Assembly: GCA_037447605.1 (NCBI GenBank)
Contig: CM074804.1
Coordinates: forward strand, 1,612,001 to 1,676,000
Reading direction: 5' to 3'
DNA length: 64,000 bases
DNA from: Zygnema circumcarinatum SAG 698-1b
Taxonomy: Eukaryota; Plantae; Zygnematophyceae
Of this stretch, positions 12,284-31,385 are shown in pieces. The stretch's first letter is position 1; the number at the start of each line of letters is the position of its first letter. The translations under genes were made by a program, and so were the position numbers. The notes under the pieces are model-generated. The model worked only from the letters and a program-made list of their open reading frames with translations, ran no database searches and was not told the DNA's origin.

Positions 12284-14553
12284 GGGCCTCTCCTTTCTGT
12301 GCCAGGTGGTTCTCTCTCTCTCCCCCTCTTGTGGCAGAACATGAGAGAAGTGTGTGGAGTGAAACAGCTTAAATAAGTACGAGGAGAACCTTCAAAGGGG
12401 AAGCTCAGATGAAGGAGATGAAGTGGGGAGTATTGAAAGAAGTTTGCAACCGGTCAATGTGTTAAGACTCTTCTTGCTCTAACTAAGTCCCCCTTTTCTC
12501 TTTGTAATCCGCCGCCTGCAGTCCCTTATCAACAATAGCATCGATGATCTTGAGAAGGAGCTCATGTCAGTTGGGAGGCCTGTGGGAGAGGACCCTGCTG
12601 CTCAGCTCTACCTTGTCCTTGAGATGTGTCGAGAGTTTAACGATGTGTTCAGAGATCACTTGGATGGAAGGCGTTCTGGAGGAGATCGGATCACAGCTGT
12701 GTTTGATACTAAGTTGCCAGCAGCTTTCAAAAAACTTCCCTTTGAGAAGCACCTCTCCTTACAGAGTAAGCAGAAGGTTGTAAGATCTTCAGAGTTTCTG
12801 GCTTCATAAAAACGTTGGGCTTTCGGTTCTGTGATGATTTTAAGAGGAATGTCGAGCTCATTTTTTAATTAGGCAAGTTGAGTGGGGATTTTTCAGACGT
12901 GAAGAAGGTTATAGGAGAGGCAGACGGATACCAGCCCCATCTTATCGCCCCTGAACAGGGCTATCGCAGACTTATAGAGGGCTCCCTTCTGCTCTTTAGA
13001 GGACCTGCTGAGGCGGCTGTAGATGAGGTGCACTTCATTCTTAGGTGAGTAATGCCTGGATGGTAGTTGAACTATAGAAGGGGGAGGGAGTGGGGGAGGG
13101 AAGGGTAGGGGCATGGGAAAGGGGGGGGTGAAGGGAGAGGAGGCAAGGGGAGGGGAAGGAAGGGGAGTGGGGAGGCGTGAGAGAGTGATTGGAAGACGAG
13201 AGATGCTGAGGGTGGGAGAGAAGAAGTGGGAGACCTGTGTACTTCTCCTTCTCCTCTCGTCCCCCTCGCCCCTTCCTCGACCACTTTTGATCCCCCTTTG
13301 CAGAACTTCTCTTAGAATTTCTATTTAGAGGGATTTGGGGGACTGCAAGAGTTCAGGAGCTTGGGAAGACAAGGAAACCGAGAGAAGGTGGAGATAAAAC
13401 CACTAGGAGGAGAATAATTTTAGCCACTGCTCTGCAGAAGCTTTGGAGGAGATTGCAGCACAAGCTCTTGAAAGGCCTTCCTTTACAGATGGAAGCATTA
13501 TAGCATTTGTGCTGGAAAACTCCAGGAAAAGAAGTGCGTTATTGAGTTATTTGGCACTTTGGGTGGGCAGGGAGTTGGTGAGGTTGGCGATAGGAGAGAC
13601 ACCTTCAATCACAAGATTTCCATCACTACAGGTGATACTTTGAAACCTTTTAAAATAAGCAACTTGGTGTAGGTTCGAATACCCTAGTTGTATGGCTTGT
13701 TGTAATTTTTTTCCTAGTTTGGAACTTTCATAAGAGACGACCAGCCTTTTTTTCAGGTCTTTTACGGAAAGGGACCTCACAATTTCACCTTTTATCCAAA
13801 TCTAGGAGGCTTAGGCAGAACGTTCTTCATTTCTGTTTTAAATTGTGGGAGAGTGGAGTGAAGGACAGTGAGCAACCCATTGCCTGCCAGATGCAGGGGG
13901 AGAGGCAGGGGAAAATAAATACAGAAGAGAGAGAGAGAGAGTGAGTCCTTTGTTTAGTGCAGCTCAACCTCTCCAACATATTTAAGACCTTATTTCCTTC
14001 CCTTACTTTCCTATCCTTTCCCTCCACTATAGAAGAAACTCCTTCTCCTATTATGCAGAACATCAGCTTCGTTGGTACTTCAATTTTATCCATGAGCTAA
14101 TTTTACTTTATCGAGCGTTATCACACCTTCCTTCTTCTATCCCTTCCAGGCCACTGTCTCGAGCGCTGCCACTGCTGCCTTAGAAACCTTCCGAGAGGAG
14201 AGCCGCAAAACTGTGGTGCGTCTAGTGGAGATGGAGACGAGCTACCTCACTGTTGACTTTATCAGGCGCCTCCCTCAGATGGAAGAGGCTCCCAAAAACT
14301 CCAAAGATATTCTCGCCTCCGGAGCAGACCGCTACGGTGAAATACATCTCCGAAGAATTGCATCAAATGTTTCCGCTTACGTTGGTTACATTATGGAGAG
14401 CCTCCAAAGGTCACTGCCCAAGGCAGTCGTTCATTGCCAAGTAAGTAGACGAATTTCCGGTGGGGGCAATGGGGAGGGGGGGTAGAGAGAGAGAGGGGGG
14501 TAGAGAGAGAGAGAGAGAGAGGGGGGTAGAGAGAGAGAGAGAGAGAGGGGGGT

Positions 14554-14584
<31 letters not shown>

Positions 14585-15296
14585 GAGAGAGAGGGGGATG
14601 TGAAGGATGAGCGAGAGGGAGGGCAGAAGGTGGAGGGAGGGGGATGCCTGCAAAACGGATAGTGGAGATGGAGATAGGCTGGTTGGGAAAGCCGGAAGTG
14701 GTGGTAGAAGAGGAGATAGGCAGAAAAGGTAGGGAGTGAGAGAGAGAGAAGGGGATATAGAGCGAGCGAGGAAGGGAAGAATCTGGAGAAAGAGGTGCTG
14801 GAGAAATAGAAGAGATGGAGGGAGAGGGTGCGAGAGTGGGAGAGAGAGGGAGGAATGCGGACAAAGCGCGCATCTGAGAAGCGGAGAAAGGAGGTTGTTT
14901 AGTAGTGGAGGAGATGGAGGCAGACAGAAAACGAGAGGGAGAGTCAGACAGACGGAGAGAGACAGACACAGAGAGAGAGACCGAGAGTGGAGAGGGATCT
15001 TCCTGCAGCCTCACTGAGATCACCCCACTTCATTTAATCTCCCGTCTTGTCCTTCACATTCTGTGCATAACGCGGGCCCTTCGAACCAATGGGATTGCTT
15101 GCAGGTGCGTGAAGCCAAGAGGGCTCTCCTGGACACTTTTTACACGCAGGTGGGGAAGCAGGAGGGCCGTACTCTGGAGAAGCTTTTGGACGAGGACCCC
15201 GCTCTGATGGCGCGCAGGCAGGCGGCCGCCAAGAGGCTCGAACTCCTGCGAAACGCTCGTGCAGAGATAGACTCTGTCGCGTGGTCGAAAGGGTGA
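10387..15296 (+). CDS. DRP1: Dynamin-related protein 1 (phragmoplastin/ADL1 class), 9 exons, 614 aa
   Basis: Exons 10387-10711, 11110-11391, 11702-11766, 11979-12215, 12522-12765, 12897-13044, 13571-13631, 14150-14440, 15105-15296 (1845 nt, in phase). G1 [31 protein letters not shown]; C-terminus LLDEDPALM...IDSVAW; no PH domain or proline-rich tail. Confidence 0.96.
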
Positions 15297-16204
15297 GAGG
15301 AGAGAGGAGAAAGAGCTTGTAGATATGGGAGGAGAGGAGGAGGAGGGAGGAGAGGAGTATGAGAGGAGGACCTCATGGGCGGGCTAAGTGGCGAGCAAAG
15401 AGCTGGGAATATTTTTTTGAAGTTTGAAAGCGCATTATTTCGTTCTTGATTTTAGAGGTGGGAGATGTGGTTAGGGTAGGAGAGGAGGGGGAAGGAGACG
15501 TGATTAGGGGTTGTTGTTGCGTTCTAGGCAAAGGGAATAAAGTCTTTGTTCCAGATTATACGAGTAGTGGTTTACGAAATCGTAATGGAAGATGTGTTGT
15601 GGCATCGAATGTCATCGAACATTTTCTACTCACTCCGCTGATTTGTCATTTGAGAAATTAACAATTCAATTATGCGTGGTGAGAGCGCAACATATTGTGT
15701 AGTAATACCTTCAGAAGAATCAGTCAGCGCTGGATAAGGAAAGGGTGCAAGTGGGCAGAAGGTGCCCACAGCAGACACAACATGGTTCAAGCGGAGAAGT
15801 GATAATAACAAGTTTCCTTACAATCCTTTGCTTCTATGCTTTACTAAAAACGCAGCTAAGCTTCGCTCCACCTTTCTCTCTCTCTCTCGTCCCCCCTCTC
15901 TCTCCCCTTCCCCCTTCGTCGGCTGTCGACTAACCTCACTCCATACCTTCTCCTTTTTTCCTTTGATTAAAGAGGTAGGATTCAGCGTCCGACCATTCAC
16001 AGCCCTCAGTCCATACACGTCCTGCAAGTGCTTGGGCCCTTGTGGTTGCCGTATCGTATCGTATTCTATCCTACATTGATATCGCATTTTTTTACATGTT
16101 TCAGTACATACGATGCGATACGATATGTTACGATACGATATGATACGATGCGATACGGGCCTGTTCGAGCTCCCCGCGGCGCCTCCCCCAAAGCGGAGTC
16201 CGCC

Positions 16205-17119
16205 ATGGCGGCGGTGCTGCGTCGCCTGGACCTCCTGCGAGCGACGCGTGTCCAGCTCGCCGCCCTGCACTCGAGCAGCAGGCGGCTCTCGCCGCGTCTT
16301 CATCGTCTTCCTCCTTCGCGCGCAGATCATGGGAACCGTGAAAGTGCTGCGAAGCAAACGGAGCAAACGGAGCAAACGGAGCAGGCGGAGCAGGCGGAGC
16401 GGAGCATTGCAGGAATGTTTGAGGACATAGTCATGTCCGGGCCGCAGTTGGCGATTACGGTGAAGCTTCAGAGAGCATTTAAGACGGAGCTTGTCGATGT
16501 GGAAGACATTTCTGGTGATCAGGACTTGCTGCGCCATTGACAAGAATGTTTGGAATGGTTTCAAACATTGAACAATGCTTTCAAACATTTGAGCAGTGCT
16601 TTCAAACATTTAAAGAATGATTTCAAATATTTGAATCATACTTTCAAACAATTTGAACATTGCTTTCAAAGATTTGAACAATGCTATCAATTTTTTTGAC
16701 AGAGCTTTCGCTTCTAAACGTTTGATCAAGATACTGAAACAGAATAATGATTTCCTGGATTTCACGCATGTATGGACTAAATTTTGAATGAATAAACAGG
16801 TATCTTCCTTGTTTTCGTTTTCAAAGTATTCCTTTCGAGTAAGCCAATCTCAAATCTGACTGCTCTTCTCTGTTTTACTTTGTGTGTCACTCGATTGTTT
16901 ACAGGCGGCTGCGGAAAGGTGTATGACATAGTGATTCAGTCGGAGCTGTTCAACGGCAAGAGCCAGGTCGAGCAGCACCGCATGGTGCATCACGTTCTCA
17001 GAAACTTCATTAAACGATGGCACGCATTTTCTTTGCACCTTTCTCTGCCTCCGTTTGAACCAATTGAGCAAGGAGAAGAAGAGCCTGCTCCGGCTGTGAA
17101 TCGGCGCAGAAGAAGATAG
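16205..17119 (+). CDS. BolA: BolA-family protein with an N-terminal presequence-like extension, 2 exons, ~174 aa
   Basis: Exons 16205-16514 and 16905-17119 join to give VDVEDIS|GGCGKVYDIVIQSELFNGKSQVEQHRMVHHVLRNFIKRWHAFSL, a BolA fold with the GGCG motif. The N-terminus is rich in R/L/S/A and nearly free of acidic residues. Confidence 0.88.
16558..16704. repeat. Degenerate ~21-bp tandem repeat (~7 units) in the BolA intron
   Basis: Consensus TTTCAAACATTTGAACAATGC; units start near 16558, 16578, 16599, 16620, 16641, 16663 and 16684. Confidence 0.8.
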
Positions 17120-17648
17120 TTTTATCGTTTAATTTAGCCATTTCTTACAGCATGTGAATACAACAAGTGGCTACTGCTCCAGTTGACATTGGAAGAAAAA
17201 CGTTAAGGGAGCTTGACGACTGGCAAGATCACTGCAGCTGTAACGGTATTGCAGATTGTACATAGAAGAACTGTGCTTCAAGTCGTTAATGTAAGGTTTT
17301 TTTTTTTTTTGTTTGTAAGTTGCACTGCAACGGTGTATGAAACAGAATGGAACAAAAATGTTTGTAGAGGCCTCAAAAAGAGAGTCATTCAAAACGGGAA
17401 GTTTTATGGTGACAATATCGTCTTTTGGCTAATATAGAAAGTGTTGATCTACAAAATTTGTGAGCTAAAATCTAGAAACTGATAACCTCAAACCTAAAAA
17501 CCTTCATACCCACACCCTTTGTGTGCCATAAAATTCTGACAAGATCTACACAGGAGTATGTTTAAATCTAATTACAAATCTGGCCCTTTTCTTTCTTTAA
17601 AAAAAAAATGGTCAGATTTTATCGTCATCCCTCTCCCTATGTTACACA

Positions 17649-25580
<7,932 letters not shown>

Positions 25581-25769
25581 GGCTGGGAAGGGAAATGGGG
25601 ACAGCTGTCAGGCTGGGAAGGGTTCAGGGGACAGGGTTTACGGTTTTGGAGTTTAGGGAAGTTGGGGTTTTGGTGATTTAGGGTTTTGGGTTTTGAGGGG
25701 ATTTGGGGTTTTTGGGTCTGTTAGGGTTTTGTTGTGTTGGCGGTTTGGGGTTTTTTTTTTTTTTTTTTG

Positions 25770-25779
25770 NNNNNNNNNN
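25770..25779. other. Assembly gap (10 N) between two near-identical copies of the MCM4 5' region
   Basis: Run of n. Confidence 1.
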
Positions 25780-26226
25780 GAGGGAGAGAGGGCAGAGAGA
25801 GGGAGAGAGGGCAGAGAGAGGGAGAGAGGGCAGAGAGAAGGAGAGAGGGGAGGGAGGAAAGTAGTGACGGAGGCGGACACCGGAAGAGAGGGAAGGGGCG
25901 GAAATGAAGATGAAGAGGGAGGGGCGGAGGGTGGGGATGTGAGGGAGTGCGGAGGAGAGAAACAGACGAGGGGGAGAAAGCGAGAGAGAGAAAGAGAGGT
26001 GAGAAAAGGAAAACCTCAAATTTCGTTACACACCTTAATACCACTTTGATGCTTTACAAAACACAACGCACTGCCACGGTGCCACTAACCACTTCTGAAC
26101 AAATTCAGATCATAAGGGAGAGCCCAAAGGTAAGCAAGAAGCTCAAACCCTAAAATCACCACATGACCAAAAAAAATAGGGAAATGGACAGATCTCCACC
26201 TTTCCGTCCCCTACCCCTCTCTTTCT

Positions 26227-26258
<32 letters not shown>

Positions 26259-27372
26259 TCCGTCCCCCTCCCTCTCTCTCTCTCCCTCTCTCCCTCTCTC
26301 TCTCCTTCCACCCCTCTGCCCCTCCCCGCCTTTCTCCCCGCTCCCCCCCTTTCCTCCCCAATCTCCCTCCCATCTCCCCCCTCCTCCCCCCTCCTTCCTC
26401 CTCTACCCTCTTCCCTCTTCCCTTCCCCCTCTCCCCTCCCCCCTCCCCCCTCCCCCCCCCCTCTCACCCCTCTCCCTCTCCCTCTCCCTCTCCTCCTCCT
26501 CCACTCCCTCGTCCTCTCTCTCTTCTCCCTCTCCCTCTCCTCCTCTCCGTCTCCATCTCCCTCCCCTTCCTCTCCTCCTCCCCCTCTCCCTCTCTCCCTC
26601 TCCCTCTGACTCACATCTTCACTGAAACCGCTTCCCCGAGGAGTCTGAGAGCCTTGCCCGTTTCGCCTCCGACCGACACCTCCTGCAAGGTCGTACCGCT
26701 GACGGCCAGGTCTGTAATAATATTAAAATTTAAAAGTTAAGCGATAAACGGATCAATAACTGCAAGAAATAAACGGATTAAATCATTTGAACTCACGCGG
26801 TTCGACCTCAAATTCTCGAAATTGGAAAAATCTAAAAATCATGAAACAACCAAAAATAGCCTCAACCCAAACCCTAAAAGCATACCCTCAATCCCACAAC
26901 CCCAAAATCCCTAAAACCCTAAATCTTCAGCTTTACCGCAGCTTTCACAAACCCTATTTAAATCAAAAGGATACGTCTCTCTCCGGTAAGAACCAGTACC
27001 CCACGACGAGCCCGGAGTCTGCAGCGGAGTTCCGACTCGTTGCGGAGTACTCATTTCGCTTCCGCTGACGTGGCTGAGGGAAGCTCTCCGCCCGCTCGGC
27101 GTGCCAGTTGGCGTCCTCCCATTGGCCCGCAGCGCAGGGCCGCCAGCTGGCGAGTCCGAGGGAGCCGCTATGGGAGAGGACATGGCTGGGAAGGGAAATG
27201 GGGACAGCTGTCAGGCTGGGAAGGGTTCAGGGGACAGGGTTTACGGTTTTGGAGTTTAGGGAAGTTGGGGTTTTGGTGATTTAGGGTTTTGGGTTTTGAG
27301 GGGATTTGGGGTTTTTGGGTCTGTTAGGGTTTTGTTGTGTTGGCGGTTTGGGGTTTTTTTTTTTTTTTTTTG
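25780..27372 (-). repeat. Near-identical direct duplicate of ~24170-25769, carrying a second copy of MCM4 exons 1-2 (27183-27005, 26711-26615)
   Basis: Offset 1603-1610 bp. Unique sequence appears identical; differences are confined to microsatellite lengths. The copies abut an N gap. Confidence 0.93.
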
Positions 27373-27561
27373 GTTTTGAGATTTTAGTAGTTTTGAAGTG
27401 TTATTTTTTGGGGCCTTAAGTTTCCGGGTTTGAGGTTTTTTGAGGTTTAGGGTTGTGAAGGATGCTGGAAGCGCACCAGAGTTGTCGTCCTCCATCGTTT
27501 TCAACGGGCTTGCTCTCCCTTTCCCTCTCCCTCTCCCTCTCTCCCCCCCTTATCTCTCTCC

Positions 27562-27648
<87 letters not shown>

Positions 27649-27796
27649 CCTCCCTTCAGCTCTCCTTCTCAAAGCGCTCCATGCCGCCACACTTTGCAAA
27701 CACAAACCACGAGCCACCTGTAGCCGGCTGTCCAACGGATTCCGTACTGCATGGAACTGCCGGTCAGTAGAACAGAAGTAAACGCAGGGCCGTCAG

Positions 27797-27900
27797 GGTT
27801 CAGATGTTAGGGCTTCAGGTTCAAGCTTTACTGCTTAGAGTTTAAGGTTTAGGGTGTCAGGTTTAAGGTTTAAGGTTTAAGGTTTAGGGTTTAGGGTTGA
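27797..27900 (+). repeat. Interstitial telomere-like heptamers (TTTAGGG/TTTAAGG)
   Basis: gtttaaggtttaaggtttaaggtttagggtttagggtt; perfect (TTTAGGG)2 at 27883-27896. Confidence 0.75.
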
Positions 27901-27982
27901 AATCTCCTGCCTCCCGGGTGCAAGCTTTAGGGTTGCGTTAAGTTTAGGGCTCTGCCATGGCGAGCTTCTAGCCTTTTCGGAA

Positions 27983-28010
27983 TTTTGGCGCCAAAAAAAA
28001 GCGCGGGAAG
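27983..28010. promoter_or_regulatory. Candidate E2F sites upstream of MCM4
   Basis: Palindrome TTTTGGCGCCAAAA (27983-27996; TTTSSCGC on both strands) plus GCGCGGGAAG (28001-28010), about 800 bp upstream of the MCM4 ATG copy at 27183. Confidence 0.55.
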
Positions 28011-28638
28011 GGGCGTCTGTCCGTACAATCCCGTACACATTATCTGGTGACCGTACGGTTTCATGATAGAGAGAATTTTCAGAATTTACGATGCCCGCAA
28101 TTCTCCGAATGGCGAAATCCGCAGCTTTGAATTGGACCGGGAGGGAGGGGGGGTTCCGCGCGGCATTGGATGGAGCCTGCCGGTCGGTGGCAGTTGCAGG
28201 AAAAGCACAAATCGAAACCAAGGTAGTAGAAGTGCAATGAAATGTACTGCTCTCGAAAACAAATCCCGACGCGACATGTCACTGCTACACAGGAGCTCAA
28301 AGATGATGATGATGATGATGATGGGAGGCAGCAGACGCACAACAACAGCAGCAAAAAAGGGGAGGCCCGCACGGTAAGAGAGGACAGGTATATCAACGAC
28401 AAATTAGGCCAGGAAATGCAGAAAGGGTGGAGCCTGATCCCCATTAAGTATGCCCTCAATCGAGGCACACCTGTGTTGCTTGCTATTTGGCAGCATTTAC
28501 AAACCAAACAATAGGTCATAACTAGATTACACTAAGCACATCCAGGGGAGCGTCTGACATTTCATAGGCAGTATTTTGTAACCCAAATCCCTAACTCCTT
28601 GATAGGGCATTCGAATAGCTGAAACTCATTATTTAGCA

Positions 28639-30511
28639 TTAATCCAGTCGCTTCCAAAATCTCTCGCTGACATTCCATTTTTCTCCATGTCCTGAGTAGT
28701 TGAGCCTATAAAAATGTACCAAGAACTCTGACCGTTGGTCGGGGTTGAGCTCCTGCTTCAGTCCCGCAAACGCTAATCCCTCCATATACAGACTTGCTCG
28801 GCATGTGACGATGTCAATGATTTCCCAGCCAATGAGAACGTGATGCGGCACGCATCAGGTCACATCCATCCAACGTAGCGCACGGTTGGATCATCACATA
28901 GGGAGGGATAGGTTCCAGCAATTCGAAGCGGAATGTGTGTGCTTCACATGTCATGACTCAGCATGGATGTCGTCTGCGGCATGTGCATTACATGAAGTTC
29001 TCGTGGGGAGTATCATAAGGAGCGCATGCTGCGTCGTCAGGAGTGAGATCTCTGCCGAGTAAAGTCATCCAGTTGCCATCTGTCACACAGTCTTCACTCA
29101 GCAAACCGTCGTTATAATCTCCATAAAGCTTTCCGTAGAAGTCCGCGCCTTCCCACAACACTTCCCTGCCCTGCAGTAGGTAGAGACCATCCAAAATAAT
29201 CCCTTGGTTAGGATTGGGCTCGTCATGCTGCATCATCGTGCTTTCACGCCTGATGAAACAATCAAATAGGTTTTGAACTCACCATAAACATCCCTTGATG
29301 AGGGAAAAACGCTTCAAGAACAGATGATGCTTCAGAATAATACGCCATGGTGACTGCTTGCTGACGCCATGTCCTGCTGTCATCGTCTCGCTGGAAAACT
29401 CCTTGAGATACATCTTCCAAGCTGCTGCCAACATGTGACACCTATCACATTCAATAACCACATCTCTCAGCTCATCATCCGACCCCTGCGATGTGTTCCA
29501 TCATCACACGCTATTTCTTGCAAAATAAAAAAAAGGCGTACACTATTTGCACCTGTACGAAGCTCTCAATCGAATTAAAATTGCAGGAAACGACCGTTAC
29601 ATGAAGGGCAAGTTGCATCGTCTGTAAATTTGAATTACAACAAAAAAATACTGATCTGATACTGATGCTGATACTGTTTGACAGTATCTTTGTAAACTCC
29701 AAGATAGTCATGAAAGCTGACTAAAGGTGATTAAGGTCTCCTACAATTGACTGATCAACCAGTACCAACACAATGTCTATATTTCACCTTAAGCATGTAC
29801 GTACGTACAGCTTCCTGCTATTTCTCCTTTCCTTCGGTCTGAAGTGAGAGTACATAACCAAAGAGTCTAGACTTATTTTCCGGAGTATTTGAAAGCACCA
29901 CTCCAAACAAACCAGTAGGAAAAAGTATGATTATTTAGTTCCATTTGAAACTTCCAGGAATTTGATAAAGCAGAAGAAAGTCGAAAAGACCTTACAATTT
30001 GAACGAGAGATTATGAATGAGATTGATAAAAAGCGACTAATCATACCTCGTACTTATCAGCCACCACATTCTGCATTACGAGACCTGCTCCTTGATTGAC
30101 GGCAAGAAGCAATCCTGCAGACCAGAGAGCCGTCTTTTCCAGTGTTCCACTCAATATGAGCCTCTCCGCTGTAAAAAAATTTCTCCAGAACTTTCCCTCC
30201 ATCTCCTCCCTCCTCCCTCCATCTTCAATCAACCTCTCTTCGTCATCGCGTCCATGGCTTGCAGCCTCCACAGAATGTGTCTTCCTACTACGTTTTTCCA
30301 ACAATGACGCTCTCCTTCTTCTGAACATATCTCCACTTATCTTTCTCAAGGACCACGCTTCCCCGCTAGGAAGGACAGAGCCTCCTGCCCTACAGATTTT
30401 GATGCTTTTTAGGGTTTGTCCTTCCCCTGCTCCACCGCTCCTTGCCTGAGCCTGAGAAGGAGAAAGGCAACTATGGCTCCCTCCAACCGAAGCAACATTC
30501 ATGGCTGCCAT
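28639..30511 (-). CDS. Probable multi-exon gene of unknown function (model incomplete; could be a pseudogene)
   Basis: Long open exon 30511-30047 ending at GAG|GTATGA. Further open segments at ~29490-29283 (donor TG|GTGAGT), ~29250-28992 and 28851-28639. No family recognised, and I could not join all segments in phase. Confidence 0.35.
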
Positions 30512-30923
30512 CGCGGAAGGTGACGTTGCAAGTGACGCTATCAAACACAGTCTGCTGAGCTAGCTTTGCATGGCAGCCATGGCTGCTGCTCCTGCAGCAT
30601 CCCTTGCAGCAGCGACAGGCAATATAGAATGCTGCAGAAAAACCTGCCAAACCTCCAAAACCCACAAACCTTCAAACTGCAACCTTCAGAAGATGCACAA
30701 GAATAAAAAATTGGAACAAAGTGATGGAAGTTTAAAGATGGATAAAAACTGGTTAAAAATTTCCACAATCGGAACCGGCCGGCTCGTTCTAGCGGTGGCT
30801 GGGAACAAACCGTACGGACGCCACGTCAAAACTACACAGAAGCGGCTGCGAGCGCAACACGTGGACCGTATGTACTGCAGCAATTGGTTCCGTACGATTT
30901 TAGAAGGTGACCTGTACGGACAG

Positions 30924-31318
30924 TAGGGTTGGGGGCACGGTCCCCCTCCGACCCGTGCCCAGGGGCACGTGCCCCCCCCCCCCTTGGGGGGGGGGCATGC
31001 CCCTGGGCACGCGCCCCGTGACGTGACTGCATTGAGCAATTCAAATCGGCCCCAAAAAGAATATAATATTTAAAAAACGGTACGAATGAAGGTACGGAAA
31101 GTACAGATGAATGTACTAAACGTACGGATCAAGGTACAAATGTACGGAAATTTATGAAAAGTACGGATAGTACTCAACACAACTCTCAAAACTGAGGATC
31201 CAGCACAACACAGTTTTTTAGCTTTTAGTTCTCACCTCTCAACTCTCCTTATGCCTCTTCTCACTTGTATTACCCCTCTTATCTCTTGTCTGCCTCCCAC
31301 TCCTCACCCTAAGAGAGA

Positions 31319-31385
<67 letters not shown>

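Noticed and set aside
13672-13683. GGTTCGAATACC, resembling a tRNA T-loop/B-box, in DRP1 intron 7
   Set aside because: No cloverleaf, A-box or acceptor stem is present. A similar word at ~23011 lies within an MCM4 exon.
15751-15769. Perfect 7-bp hairpin GTGGGCA-GAAGG-TGCCCAC downstream of DRP1
   Set aside because: Too short and isolated to distinguish from chance.
16050-16158. (CGTAT)n and (ATACG)n pentamer runs in inverted orientation upstream of BolA
   Set aside because: Degenerate microsatellite; the inverted pairing is short and imperfect.
16558-16704. CRISPR-like appearance of the palindromic 21-bp repeats (and of the repeats at 1960-2220)
   Set aside because: Units are contiguous with no unique spacers, there are no cas genes, and the context is a eukaryotic intron or a MITE.
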